DNA of 59,763 bases, the filler included. It is 4 parts of 4 records of this genome, joined end to end, with 100 filler letters (N's around TTAATTAATTAA, not from the genome) between each part and the next. Parts side by side here need not be neighbours in the genome. Positions count along the whole stretch, not along the records: positions 41,145 to 59,763 come from SRR22947727_451; 3 more parts are not named here. One strand, 5' to 3'. The notes beneath the pieces are model-generated. The model made no database searches. It had not been told where the DNA came from and saw nothing but the letters and a program-made list of their open reading frames with translations. This document shows, in pieces, positions 49,692 to 59,452 of this stretch; the stretch's first letter is position 1; each line of letters opens with the position of its first letter. The position numbers and the translations under genes are program-made.

Positions 49692-52082
49692 ATGAAAACC
49701 ACCACCCGAGTCGCAATTATCGGCGGAGGCGTCGTCGGATGTTCGGTTTTGTACCATCTGACCAAACTTGGCTGGTCTGATGTGATGCTGCTCGAACGCT
49801 CTGAGTTGACCTCGGGGTCCACATGGCATGCGGCCGGCGGATTTCATACGCTCAATGGTGACACCAATATGGCGGCACTACAGGGCTATACCATCAAGCT
49901 TTACAGGGAACTCGAAGCAATCACTGGCATGTCTTGTGGTCTGCATCATGTGGGCGGCGTGACGCTGGCAGACAATCAAGACCGGTTTGATATGCTGGTC
50001 GCAGAGCGTGCCAAACACCGCTATATGGGACTAGAGACAGAGATCATCGGCCCTGACGAGATCGTAAAAATAGCCCCGGTGACCAATATTGAGGGGATCA
50101 TCGGCGGGCTGTATGATCCGCTTGATGGGCATCTCGACCCATCGGGCACAACCCATGCCTATGCTAAGGCCGCTAGAATGGGCGGGGCGCATATTGAGAC
50201 CAATTGCAAAGTCCTCTCCACCACGCAGCGCGCCGATGGCACTTGGGATCTGGTGACAGATAAAGGCACTGTGCACGCAGAGCATATTGTGAATGCCGCC
50301 GGCCTTTGGGCGCGTGAAGTGGGCGCCATGGCGGGCGTCTATTTCCCACTTTTACCGATGGAGCATCAATATCTTGTCACTGAAGAGGTTCCCCAGATTG
50401 CAGATATGATTGACGCAGGCGGCGAGCATCCCCATGTGATGGATCCCGCAGGAGAAAGCTATCTGCGCCAAGAAGGTCGCGGCCTTTGCATCGGATTTTA
50501 CGAACAGCCCTGCCGTCCTTGGGCTGTAAACGGCACGCCTTGGGACTTTGGCCACGAGCTCTTGGCCAATGACTTTGACAAGATCGAAGACAGCATCGCC
50601 TTTGCCTATCGGCGGTTCCCAGCGCTTGAAAAGGCCGGGGTGAAATCCGTAATCCACGGCCCCTTCACCTTCGCCCCCGACGGCAACCCTCTGGTGGGGC
50701 CAGTGCCCGGGATGCGCAATTATTGGTCCGCCTGTGCTGTCATGGCGGGCTTCAGCCAAGGCGGCGGCGTTGGCCTGACGCTGGCGCAATGGATGGTGGA
50801 AGGCGAGCCGGAGCGCGATGTCTTCGCCATGGATTGCGCCCGCTTTGGCGCATGGATAACGCCGGGCTATACGGTGCCAAAGGTCGTTGAGAATTATCAA
50901 CGGCGTTTCTCTGTCAGCTACCCCAATGAAGAGCTGCCCGCCGCCCGCGGCCTGCGCCGCACCCCGATGTATGACCATTTCAGCGCCATGGGCGCGGTCT
51001 GGGGCGCGCAATTTGGGCTCGAAGTGCCGAATTATTTTGCCCAAAATGGCGAGCCTGATTTTGAGACCCCTTCCTTCCGCAGGTCAAACGCTTGGGATGC
51101 GGTGAAACGCGAGGTCAAAGCCGTGCGCCGCGGCGTTGGCATCAATGAAGTGCATAATTTCTCAAAATTCTTGGTCAGTGGCGCCCATGCGCGCGCCTGG
51201 CTCGACCGGATCATGGCGGGGCGAATTCCGCAAGCTGGCCGCCTCTCGCTCACGCCCATGCTTTCGCCAAAGGGTAAGCTTATCGGTGATTTCACCGTTT
51301 CTTGTATCCGCGAAGGCCTGTTCCAACTGACCGCCAGCTACGGCAGTCAGGCCTATCACCAGCGCTGGTTCGAACAGAATATGGAGCCTGGCGTCACGCT
51401 GCAAAACATCTCCGATCAACGCACTGGCTTTCAAATTGCCGGGCCGAAGGCGGCAGAGGTGCTGCAGGCCTGCACCACGGCCAATGTGGCCGATATTAAG
51501 TTCCTTGATGTCAAAGAGCTGGTGGTCGGCGCCACAGCCTGTCTTGTGCAACAGGTGAGCTATACGGGCGATCATGGCTTTGAGCTCTATTGTGACCCCA
51601 TGGCCCAAAGGGCGCTCTGGGACAGACTATGGGAAGCCGGGAAGCCGCATGGCATGACCCCTTTCGGCATGCGCGCGATGATGTCCCTGCGCTTGGATCG
51701 TTTCTTCGGCTCTTGGCTTTCGGAATTTTCACCCGATTACACCGCCGCTGAAACCGGTCTTGATCGGTTCATAGCCTTCCGCAAAAATGTGGATTTCATC
51801 GGACGTAGCGCTGCGGAAGCCGAACGTCTCACCCCGCCAGAGCGTCAATTGGTGATCTTCGAAGTGGACGCGCATGATGCGGACGCCGTGGCCTATGAGC
51901 CGGTGTTTATCAACGGAACGGTTCAGGGATTTTGCACCTCCGGCGGCTATTCGCATCATGCCGAAAAATCCATCGCCTTTGCCTTGGTGCCCCGCGCTGA
52001 GGTGACGGATGACTTGCAGGCTGAAATTGAAATTCTAGGCCAATTGCGTCCTGCCAAACGTCTGTTGGAGCCCTTGTTATAA
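49692..52082 (+). CDS. GcvT-family FAD-dependent oxidoreductase (dimethylglycine dehydrogenase-like)
   Basis: GGAG RBS, GGGVVG, GSTWHAAG, GPFTFAPDG.P.VG, VSYTGD.GFE, SLRLD. Confidence 0.93.
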   Translation: MKTTTRVAIIGGGVVGCSVLYHLTKLGWSDVMLLERSELTSGSTWHAAGGFHTLNGDTNMAALQGYTIKLYRELEAITGMSCGLHHVGGVTLADNQDRFDMLVAERAKHRYMGLETEIIGPDEIVKIAPVTNIEGIIGGLYDPLDGHLDPSGTTHAYAKAARMGGAHIETNCKVLSTTQRADGTWDLVTDKGTVHAEHIVNAAGLWAREVGAMAGVYFPLLPMEHQYLVTEEVPQIADMIDAGGEHPHVMDPAGESYLRQEGRGLCIGFYEQPCRPWAVNGTPWDFGHELLANDFDKIEDSIAFAYRRFPALEKAGVKSVIHGPFTFAPDGNPLVGPVPGMRNYWSACAVMAGFSQGGGVGLTLAQWMVEGEPERDVFAMDCARFGAWITPGYTVPKVVENYQRRFSVSYPNEELPAARGLRRTPMYDHFSAMGAVWGAQFGLEVPNYFAQNGEPDFETPSFRRSNAWDAVKREVKAVRRGVGINEVHNFSKFLVSGAHARAWLDRIMAGRIPQAGRLSLTPMLSPKGKLIGDFTVSCIREGLFQLTASYGSQAYHQRWFEQNMEPGVTLQNISDQRTGFQIAGPKAAEVLQACTTANVADIKFLDVKELVVGATACLVQQVSYTGDHGFELYCDPMAQRALWDRLWEAGKPHGMTPFGMRAMMSLRLDRFFGSWLSEFSPDYTAAETGLDRFIAFRKNVDFIGRSAAEAERLTPPERQLVIFEVDAHDADAVAYEPVFINGTVQGFCTSGGYSHHAEKSIAFALVPRAEVTDDLQAEIEILGQLRPAKRLLEPLL

Positions 52083-52114
52083 CTGTTGATTCCACCAGTT
52101 TCGCGCCGCAGATC

Positions 52115-52696
52115 TTGATCTGTGCCGCTGGCGCCTCGCGGCGTATGGCGCCCGATGACAAGCTCATGTTGCCCCTGCAAGGCCGCCCACTTTTGCGCCA
52201 TATGGCCAAGCGTGTGCTAGAGATCTCTGTGCCCACGCTTGTGGCTCTGCCGCCAGAGCCGCACCCAAGATGGCAAGCCTTGAAAGACTTGCCTTTGCGC
52301 AAGACAAGCTACCCAGAGAGCGCCGAAGGACTGTCCGGCACCCTGCGCGCGGCCGTGGCAGATCTCCCCCCGACGGTCACACATCTCTGCGTGGTTCTGG
52401 CAGATTTACCGGAGCTTGCCCCGGTAGATTTTGCGCAGCTCTTTGAACACAGACGGCAGTATGCTGACTGCTTGATCTGGCGCTCACTTAGCCCAAACGG
52501 AAAACCAGCGCATCCAACATTGTTTCACCGGGACACGTTTCCCGCTTTTGCTCAGATCTCTGGGGATGTTGGCGCACAGCCGGTGATCGCCAAGTTCAAA
52601 TCAGCTTTACACGAATTTACCAGCTCTCGCCGAGCTGGATCTTATGATATTGATACGCCGCAGGACTATAAAACCTATCTGAAAAGCCAGGTATAG
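52115..52696 (+). CDS. MocA/MobA-like nucleotidyltransferase
   Basis: AAGASRRM..DK, LADLP, HP.LF, GDVGA, DIDTPQD; start codon uncertain. Confidence 0.85.
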   Translation: MICAAGASRRMAPDDKLMLPLQGRPLLRHMAKRVLEISVPTLVALPPEPHPRWQALKDLPLRKTSYPESAEGLSGTLRAAVADLPPTVTHLCVVLADLPELAPVDFAQLFEHRRQYADCLIWRSLSPNGKPAHPTLFHRDTFPAFAQISGDVGAQPVIAKFKSALHEFTSSRRAGSYDIDTPQDYKTYLKSQV

Positions 52697-52705
52697 GCGC
52701 ATCAC

Positions 52706-53617
52706 CTAGGCCGACGGCGGTGCAATTTTGCGCAAAATACCCGACGCAAGAAATACCCCCACCGCCACGAGGATCACCCCAAAAACCTTTAAAGGTGTGA
52801 CGGTTTCCCCCAAAAACCACACACCTCCCATAAGTGCCATCAACGGGGTCAAGGCCCCAAAGGCAGAGGATTGCGCCGCGCCAAGCAGTTTCACCGCATA
52901 GCTAAATAAAACCATCGCTAATATTCCAATGATGAAACTTTGAATGATGATCATGATCCAAATATCCGGCCAAGGCACGCTGGAAAAACTGACGTTTCCG
53001 CTTAGAAATAGCACCGGTACCGCGGTCAAAGTGCCCCAAAACAGCCCGATCACCAAACCCTGCATCGGGCTCAGACCACTTTGGCAAAACACCACGGAAT
53101 ATATCGCCCAAAGGCCAGAGCCGCTCAGAAACATCAAATGCCCGCGCCAAGCGCCATCGCTGCCACCTTTGAGGATGGGCCAAAGACTGACGAGCAGCGC
53201 CCCCAGCAGGATCATCGCCAGGCCGGCCCGACGGCGCGGCCCCGGCACTTCGCCAGCCAAGGCATAGGCGGCCACAGCGGCCCACAATGGCAACATCCCC
53301 GGCGCCAATGCCCCGCCGTCAGAGGCCGGCGCGAAGGCAAGGCCTTTGGAGACCACATAGGGGAAAACAGCACTGGCGCCGACCATCAGCATTGCCGCGC
53401 GGGGCCAAGCCATCTTTGGGGGCATGACGCCCAGCTTCCACATCCATGGCAGCATGACAAGGGCGCCGGGCAACAGCCGCAACACCAAGAGCTCTTCTAT
53501 CGTGAAGTCGCTTTGCACCGCAAATCGGGTGATGAGCATAAATCCCGCCCAAATCGTGACCGTAGCCATGGCCGCGATCAGGCCAAACGCCCGTGTTTCC
53601 AAAATTGCCATCACCAC
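52706..53617 (-). CDS. DMT/EamA family transporter
   Basis: IWAGF, LWAIY, two EamA repeats, about 10 TM helices. Confidence 0.9.
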   Translation of the reverse strand: MVMAILETRAFGLIAAMATVTIWAGFMLITRFAVQSDFTIEELLVLRLLPGALVMLPWMWKLGVMPPKMAWPRAAMLMVGASAVFPYVVSKGLAFAPASDGGALAPGMLPLWAAVAAYALAGEVPGPRRRAGLAMILLGALLVSLWPILKGGSDGAWRGHLMFLSGSGLWAIYSVVFCQSGLSPMQGLVIGLFWGTLTAVPVLFLSGNVSFSSVPWPDIWIMIIIQSFIIGILAMVLFSYAVKLLGAAQSSAFGALTPLMALMGGVWFLGETVTPLKVFGVILVAVGVFLASGILRKIAPPSA

Positions 53618-53631
53618 CTGCCCTTATCGTA

Positions 53632-54063
53632 TCAAAGCCACGGCACAGTCATCGCCGCCAAGACGATGTACCGACCACCCTTTGCCAATGTAACCAAAGC
53701 CACAAACGGCCAAAAACTTTCCCGCAGCGTGCCTGCCACCACCGTAATCGGATCGCCGACGATCGGCAGCCAGCTCGCCAGTAAAGACCACCTACCGTAG
53801 CGCAGATACCACCTCTGCGCGCGTTGCATTTGCTCTTGAGAAGCTGGAAACCAGGACCGCCCTTCAAAGCGGCGAACTGCGCGTCCCAAACCCCAATTTA
53901 TCACCGCCCCCAGTACATTGCCCAATGTGGCGATAATGAGCAGATAGGCAACAGGTTTCTGACCGGCAACCAAAAATCCGACCAAGACTGCCTCCGATTG
54001 CATCGGCAAAATAGTTGCGGCCATTAATGCCGAAATGAACAATACCGCGTAAGAGGTCATCAC
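53632..54063 (-). CDS. YqaA/DedA (VTT domain) membrane protein
   Basis: AATILPMQSEA, GNVLG..INW.LGR, SWLPIVGDP, K..RY. Confidence 0.9.
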   Translation of the reverse strand: MMTSYAVLFISALMAATILPMQSEAVLVGFLVAGQKPVAYLLIIATLGNVLGAVINWGLGRAVRRFEGRSWFPASQEQMQRAQRWYLRYGRWSLLASWLPIVGDPITVVAGTLRESFWPFVALVTLAKGGRYIVLAAMTVPWL

Positions 54064-54069
54064 AGGGCC

Positions 54070-54867
54070 CTAAGGACGGGCATTGAATACAAACAGCGCT
54101 TCACCGCCGATTTCATAACCGTTGATGATCCTTTCGGCGCGCGGTGAGACCAACCAATTTTCCAAGGCCTGAGCCGCTTGCGCTTTGACATGCGCATGGC
54201 GTTCTGGGTTAACCGGCAGGTAAGAATATTGATTGAACAAGGCAGGATCACCGGCAAAGAGCAGGCTAAGATCGCCTTTGTTGCCAAAGTTCAACCAACT
54301 GGCCCGATCTGCCAGAATATAGGCATTCATGGCCGAGGCGCTGTTCAGACTGGCCCCCATCCCCGCACCGACCTCCCTATACCATGCGGCAAAATCTGCT
54401 GGCTCGTGATCTGCCGCAGTCCAGAGCGCCATCTCTTTTCGATGCGTGCCGCTGTCATCTCCGCGGCTGACAAAGGTCGCTTGAGCCGATGCAATGCTCT
54501 GCAGGGCCTCGATTGCCGATGTGGCCGCGCGCACCTGCGCGGGATCGCCCGATGGGCCAATCACAACAAAGTCGTTATACATGATTTCACGCCTGTGGCT
54601 GCCGTAACCCGCAGCCACAAAGGCCAGCTCGGCAGATTTGGAATGTACGAGAATAGCATCCACATCGCCGGACTGCCCAAGCCACATGGCCTGCCCGGTC
54701 CCCACCACCAAAAGCTGCACGTCCAGACCAGTATCCTGTGCAATGGCCGGCAAAAGCACGTCCGATAGGCCGGAATTGTTGAAACTTGTCGTGGCGGCAA
54801 GCCGCAAAGTCTCGGCAGAAGCCGCCGTTCCCGCAATGGTGAGAGCGATCAATATGGCGCGGATCAT
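54070..54867 (-). CDS. tupA: Tungstate ABC transporter substrate-binding protein
   Basis: TTS..NSGL, VGTGQA, MYNDFVVIGP, FVSRGDDSGTH..E, GAGMG, LFNQY. Confidence 0.9.
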   Translation of the reverse strand: MIRAILIALTIAGTAASAETLRLAATTSFNNSGLSDVLLPAIAQDTGLDVQLLVVGTGQAMWLGQSGDVDAILVHSKSAELAFVAAGYGSHRREIMYNDFVVIGPSGDPAQVRAATSAIEALQSIASAQATFVSRGDDSGTHRKEMALWTAADHEPADFAAWYREVGAGMGASLNSASAMNAYILADRASWLNFGNKGDLSLLFAGDPALFNQYSYLPVNPERHAHVKAQAAQALENWLVSPRAERIINGYEIGGEALFVFNARP

Positions 54868-55580
54868 TCTATGATATCCCCATTCAAAAAGGCGATAGCG
54901 CCGGGTGATTTGGGCGCAGCGAAAAAGCGATCAGCCGGCCCCTGCTCTTCCAGCTGCCCCTTATTGAGAAATAAAACCCGATCCGCAAGGCGGCGGGCCT
55001 GGCCAAGGTCGTGGGTGGTCATGATGATCCGCGCGCCGGCCGCGCTTGCGTCGCGTAAGATCTCTTCAATCTCACGGGTCGAGCGCCCATCCAGATTGGA
55101 GCAGGGTTCATCGAGGAACACTGTATCTGGCCGGCGGATCAAGGCGCGTGCAAGGGCAAGTTTTTGTTGCTCGCCGCCGGACAAGCGCGGCGCCGGAACA
55201 TCGAGCTCTGCGCTGAGCCCAATCCGCGCGGCCCAATGCGCCACACGCGCGGAAATTTCCGCTTTCGGCAAGCCCAACAATTGCAAAGGATAGGTCAAAT
55301 TCGCTCGAACCGAACGCCGCAGCATAATTGGACGTTGAAAGACATAGGCTTGACCCTGCCGCACCGTTTTGGCCGGTACAGTCCAGCTGACAGAGCCGCT
55401 GGTGAGCCGATCAACCCCATGCAAGACCTTGAGCAACGTGGTCTTTCCCGCGCCATTCGGTCCCAGGACAATCGTGAAACCGCCGCCGGACAGATCAAGA
55501 TCAAGCGGCCCCAGAACAGCCTTGCCGCGGCGTTTCACCACCACGCCTTGCAATTGAGCGTAAAGGTCTTGGCTCACCAT
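54864..55580 (-). CDS. tupC: Tungstate ABC transporter ATPase
   Basis: GPNGAGKT, LSGGEQQ, LDEP, TTHD; ATG 55580 overlaps the tupB stop. Confidence 0.88.
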   Translation of the reverse strand: MVSQDLYAQLQGVVVKRRGKAVLGPLDLDLSGGGFTIVLGPNGAGKTTLLKVLHGVDRLTSGSVSWTVPAKTVRQGQAYVFQRPIMLRRSVRANLTYPLQLLGLPKAEISARVAHWAARIGLSAELDVPAPRLSGGEQQKLALARALIRRPDTVFLDEPCSNLDGRSTREIEEILRDASAAGARIIMTTHDLGQARRLADRVLFLNKGQLEEQGPADRFFAAPKSPGAIAFLNGDIIE

Positions 55581-56278
55581 CGGCCCTCCCGTTCTGTGCA
55601 CGACAGAGTATGGATGGCCAGATTGACACATAGGCTCAGAGCGATGAGCACGAAGCCCAGCCCGAGGGCCAGTGCGAAATCCCCCTTGCCCGTTTCCAAA
55701 GCAATGGCCGTGGTTAGGACCCGTGTGACATGATCGATATTGCCGCCCACAATCATAATGGCGCCCACTTCCCCAATGGCCCGGCCAAACCCGGCCAAGG
55801 CGGCGGTCATCAAGGCGCGCCGCCCATCCCAAATGAGCGTTGCAATTCTTTGGCCATGCGTGGTGTTTAGGGAAATTAATAGATCATGATAGTCCGACCA
55901 AAGCTCGCGCATGGCTTGGTGGGTAATGGAGGCAATCAGAGGCGTAATGATAATCACCTGTGCGATGATCATGGCGGCGGGTGTAAACAGCAGTCCCAAC
56001 ACACCAAATGGGCCCGCGCGCGACAGGAGCAAATAGACAATTAACCCCACCACGACAGGCGGCAGGCCCATCAATGCATTCATAGTGGCAATAACCAAAC
56101 GGCGGTGGCGGAACCGGCGAATGGCCAACCAAGTCCCCAAAGGCAAAGCCAACGCGGAGGCGATCACCAATGCGCTCAAACTCACTTGCAAAGATCTTAG
56201 CGTGATATCGATAAGGTCCGCGTCGAGGGACCATATCAGCAGAAATGCCTCCGCCATTCCGGCCCATATTTCACTCAT
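55574..56278 (-). CDS. tupB: Tungstate ABC transporter permease
   Basis: MGLPPVVVGL, GFGRAIGEVGA.MIVGGNI..VTRVLTTAIALET.KG. Confidence 0.92.
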   Translation of the reverse strand: MSEIWAGMAEAFLLIWSLDADLIDITLRSLQVSLSALVIASALALPLGTWLAIRRFRHRRLVIATMNALMGLPPVVVGLIVYLLLSRAGPFGVLGLLFTPAAMIIAQVIIITPLIASITHQAMRELWSDYHDLLISLNTTHGQRIATLIWDGRRALMTAALAGFGRAIGEVGAIMIVGGNIDHVTRVLTTAIALETGKGDFALALGLGFVLIALSLCVNLAIHTLSCTEREGRW

Positions 56279-56569
56279 GTCAAAGCCGTCCCGGTCATTA
56301 CGCCACACTCATAGATCGGGCCAAGACACGGTGTCGAACGCGCGGGTTTGGCATATGATCCCGGCCCGACTTAAAACCAGCTTGGCAACGACCGCAATGG
56401 GGCGCGCGGCAAATTGGCTGCAAAATGAGATTTCAAGCCGCAATAACCTTCCCCGACCTAGGCCGCCCACCGTCTTTGCACGATCAATTGCATTTTTCGG
56501 CTGCGTGCTTGAAGGTGCACCGCATGGGCGGCGCGCAGGCGCCGCTGCCAGCCAACGGGGATAAGATCC

Positions 56570-58234
56570 ATGTCAGAGACATCCGCCACTTTCGATTACG
56601 TCATCATTGGTGGCGGCACCGCCGGCTGCTTGCTGGCCAACCGCCTAAGCGCGGAGCCAAACCATCGGGTCTTATTGCTCGAAGCGGGCAAAACAGACAG
56701 TTACCCATGGATTCACATCCCTGTCGGTTATCTGTATTGCATTGGCAATCCGCGCACAGATTGGATGTATCACACAGAGCCCGATGCGGGCCTTAACAAT
56801 CGTGTGCAACGCTATCCGCGCGGCAGGGTCTTGGGCGGCTGCTCCTCGATCAACGGCATGATCTATATGCGCGGCCAAGCGCGGGATTATGACGCTTGGG
56901 CGAAAATCACCGGCGATGACAGCTGGTCTTGGCAAAACGCGCTTGCGGATTTCAAAGCCCATGAAAATCATTACCGCCTTGATCAAGGCGCCGATCCGAT
57001 CACTGGGAACAACAGCCGGTTTTCAGATATGCACGGATCAGGCGGTGAATGGCGCGTAGAAAAACAACGCCTGAGCTGGGATGTGCTGGACAGTTTTGCC
57101 GATGCCGCCGAACAGGCCGGAATTGAGAAAATCGACGATTTCAACGGCGGTGATAATGCCGGTGTCGGCTATTTTGATGTCAATCAACGGTCTGGTTGGC
57201 GTTGGAGCAGCTCCAAGGCCTTTCTACGCCCGACGCGCGGACGGCCAAATTTGACGATCTGGACCGAAGCGCAAGCTCAAAAACTTTCCTGGAGCACTGC
57301 GGACAATGGCCAGCCGCGGTGCACGGGCCTCAGCCTGTCTCGCGCGGGGCAAACTGTCCTGGTCACAGCCAACCGCGAGGTGATCTTATCTGCCGGCGCA
57401 ATCAATTCACCGCAAATCCTACAGCTCTCCGGTATCGGCCCGGCAGATTTGCTGCGATCCCACGGCATTGAGGTGATCCGCGACGCGCCGGTCGGGGAAA
57501 ACCTCCAGGACCATCTGCAAATCCGCGCAGTGTTCAAGGTCAATGGGACACAGACACTCAACACGCTTGCCAATAGCCTGTTTGGGCGGTTGAAAATCGG
57601 TGCCAAATATTTGCTCAACCGCTCGGGTCCAATGAGCATGTCGCCCAGTCAATTGGGCGCCTTCACCCGCTCTGATCCCGCCCGCCCCCATGCCAATCTT
57701 GAATACCATGTGCAACCTTTGAGCCTGGAGGCCTTTGGCGAAGATCTCCATGACTTTCCCGCGATTACCGTCAGCGTCTGCAATCTCAACCCAACCAGCC
57801 GAGGCCAGGTGCAAATCAGCTCGGCCAATTTTCAAGATCCGCCCAAGATTATGCCCAATTACCTCAGCACCGCCGAAGATCGGCAAGTTGCGGCCGATAG
57901 CCTGCGCCAAGCGCGGAAAATTATGGCACAACCTGCGATGCAGGTCTACGCGCCAGAAGAATTGAAGCCGGGGGTGCAGCACCAAAGCGATGAAGAATTG
58001 GCGCGGCTCGCGGGTGATATTGCCAATACGATTTTCCACCCGGTCGGCACGGTTAAAATGGGCCAGATGGACGATCCCTCAGCGGTTCTAGATCCACATC
58101 TGCGTGTTAAAGGCGTGCAAGGGCTGCGTGTGGTCGATGCCAGCGTCATGCCAACCATCACCAGCGGCAACACCAACGCCCCCACCCTGATGATCGCCGA
58201 AAAGGCCGCCGCCTGGATAAAAGAGGGCCTGTGA
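56570..58234 (+). CDS. GMC family oxidoreductase (choline / 3-hydroxypropionate dehydrogenase-like)
   Basis: GGGTAG, GRVLGGCSSINGMIYMRG, VGENLQDH, FHPVGT, SGNTNAP. Confidence 0.93.
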   Translation: MSETSATFDYVIIGGGTAGCLLANRLSAEPNHRVLLLEAGKTDSYPWIHIPVGYLYCIGNPRTDWMYHTEPDAGLNNRVQRYPRGRVLGGCSSINGMIYMRGQARDYDAWAKITGDDSWSWQNALADFKAHENHYRLDQGADPITGNNSRFSDMHGSGGEWRVEKQRLSWDVLDSFADAAEQAGIEKIDDFNGGDNAGVGYFDVNQRSGWRWSSSKAFLRPTRGRPNLTIWTEAQAQKLSWSTADNGQPRCTGLSLSRAGQTVLVTANREVILSAGAINSPQILQLSGIGPADLLRSHGIEVIRDAPVGENLQDHLQIRAVFKVNGTQTLNTLANSLFGRLKIGAKYLLNRSGPMSMSPSQLGAFTRSDPARPHANLEYHVQPLSLEAFGEDLHDFPAITVSVCNLNPTSRGQVQISSANFQDPPKIMPNYLSTAEDRQVAADSLRQARKIMAQPAMQVYAPEELKPGVQHQSDEELARLAGDIANTIFHPVGTVKMGQMDDPSAVLDPHLRVKGVQGLRVVDASVMPTITSGNTNAPTLMIAEKAAAWIKEGL

Positions 58235-58323
58235 GCCGCGTTGACAATTTACCGCCGCACCCCAGTGGACAAACTCTAAATTCTTGATTACTTGGCATCT
58301 CGACAGCCTAAACTGCAGGGTTT

Positions 58324-58413
58324 GGAGAGGTGCCGGAGTGGTCGAACGGGACGGATTCGAAATCCGTTGTACCTGCAAGGGTACCCAGGGTTCGAATCCC
58401 TGTCTCTCTGCCA
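58324..58413 (+). tRNA. tRNA-Ser(CGA)
   Basis: 90 nt; anticodon stem ACGGA/TCCGT with loop TT-CGA-AA, long variable arm (GTACC/GGTAC), T-loop TTCGAAT, G73, encoded CCA. Confidence 0.97.
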
Positions 58414-58724
58414 CTATATGCAGCGCAACTTTTATTAGTGTGATGTTACAACAAAAATATCGTTAATTTATGAGTATTTCAGGGCGTGTAATCCATACTA
58501 AAGCGTTTGTGAAAGGTTCGGTTTTCCTGTCTTTTCCTCTCTATATAGACGCTTCCTGCTATAAAATTTGCTTGGGAGCAATCTTCTAAAGTACGGGAAA
58601 TGCTGGGGTGTCAAACCCATACTTCGATTTTTGTTTTACGGGTTAGTTAGCGATGATGACCTGCCCCCCGAAATCTCCCGCATTGTAATGTAGAGTTTGC
58701 TCAACCTTTTGAAGGAGCAAACGA

Positions 58725-58988
58725 ATGCGAAAGAGCCGTTTCACGGAAGCCCAAATCATTGGGATGATCAAAGAGCAGGAAGCCGGGGTGCCGACAGCGG
58801 AGGTGTGCCGCAAGCATGGCCTCAGTCAGGGCAGGTTTTACAAATACAAGTCGAAATATGGTGGCATGGAGGTGTCCGATGTTGCCAAAATGAGGTCGTT
58901 GGAGGACGAGAACGCTAAGCTGAAACGACTGCTGGCAGACGCGATGCTGGACAATATGGTTCTGAAGGGCTTGCTGGGAAAGAGCTGA
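58725..58988 (+). CDS. IS3-family transposase OrfA
   Basis: [21 protein letters not shown]...[24 protein letters not shown]. Confidence 0.93.
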   Translation: MRKSRFTEAQIIGMIKEQEAGVPTAEVCRKHGLSQGRFYKYKSKYGGMEVSDVAKMRSLEDENAKLKRLLADAMLDNMVLKGLLGKS

Positions 58989-58990
58989 CG

Positions 58991-59185
58991 ATGCCGAATG
59001 AGCGGCGAGAGCTGGCGCTCTGGCGATATGACTACAATAACGTCAGGCCACACTCATCGCTCGCCAACCAAACACCCGCAGAAGCGCGTCGGACGCTTGA
59101 GCAATTTGAGGGCTCCGCGCCCGACGCGCTTGCCCAAACCAACGACGAAGAATATGAAATCCAAACCCGCAAACTCTCGTTATGA
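58991..59185 (+). pseudogene. IS3-family OrfB remnant lacking the DDE core
   Basis: OrfB start (MPNERRE) fused directly to the integrase C-terminus (LALWRYDYNNVRPHSSL..TP.E). Confidence 0.85.
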
Positions 59186-59452
59186 ATGAAGGAGCCTCGG
59201 GGGGCAGGTCAACTGCCATAACCAGCCCACCGGTGATTTTGGGTCGTCTCGATCAAAGACTGAAGACTCCAGAAGTCGGACCGCGCCGGCAGATGAATTG
59301 CTAAAAATAGATCACCTCGAGACCGCCTACTCGATTTAGCGGAGGATGTGCGCATTTTGCTGGTCGCCCGTCGCACAGACGACAGGCCAAAGGAAGCCCA
59401 TTTCTATAAACCATGTAAATATATACAAATAAGTTAAAAATTTACGGGTTGG

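Larger units (their letters stand above)
58657..59211 (+). mobile_element. Internally deleted IS3-family (IS407-like) element, 555 bp
   Basis: TG...CA ends; 15-bp perfect terminal inverted repeat TGACCTGCCCCCCGA within imperfect IRs of about 44 bp; intact orfA, remnant orfB. Confidence 0.92.

Noticed and set aside
56279..56569. Moco/Tuco riboswitch upstream of tupB
   Set aside because: I could not find the characteristic conserved elements by eye; only generic GC-rich hairpins. An Rfam scan is needed to exclude it fully
58088..58466. ORFs across the tRNA-Ser gene
   Set aside because: Spurious translations of the tRNA (MAERQGFEP is the classic antisense-tRNA artefact)
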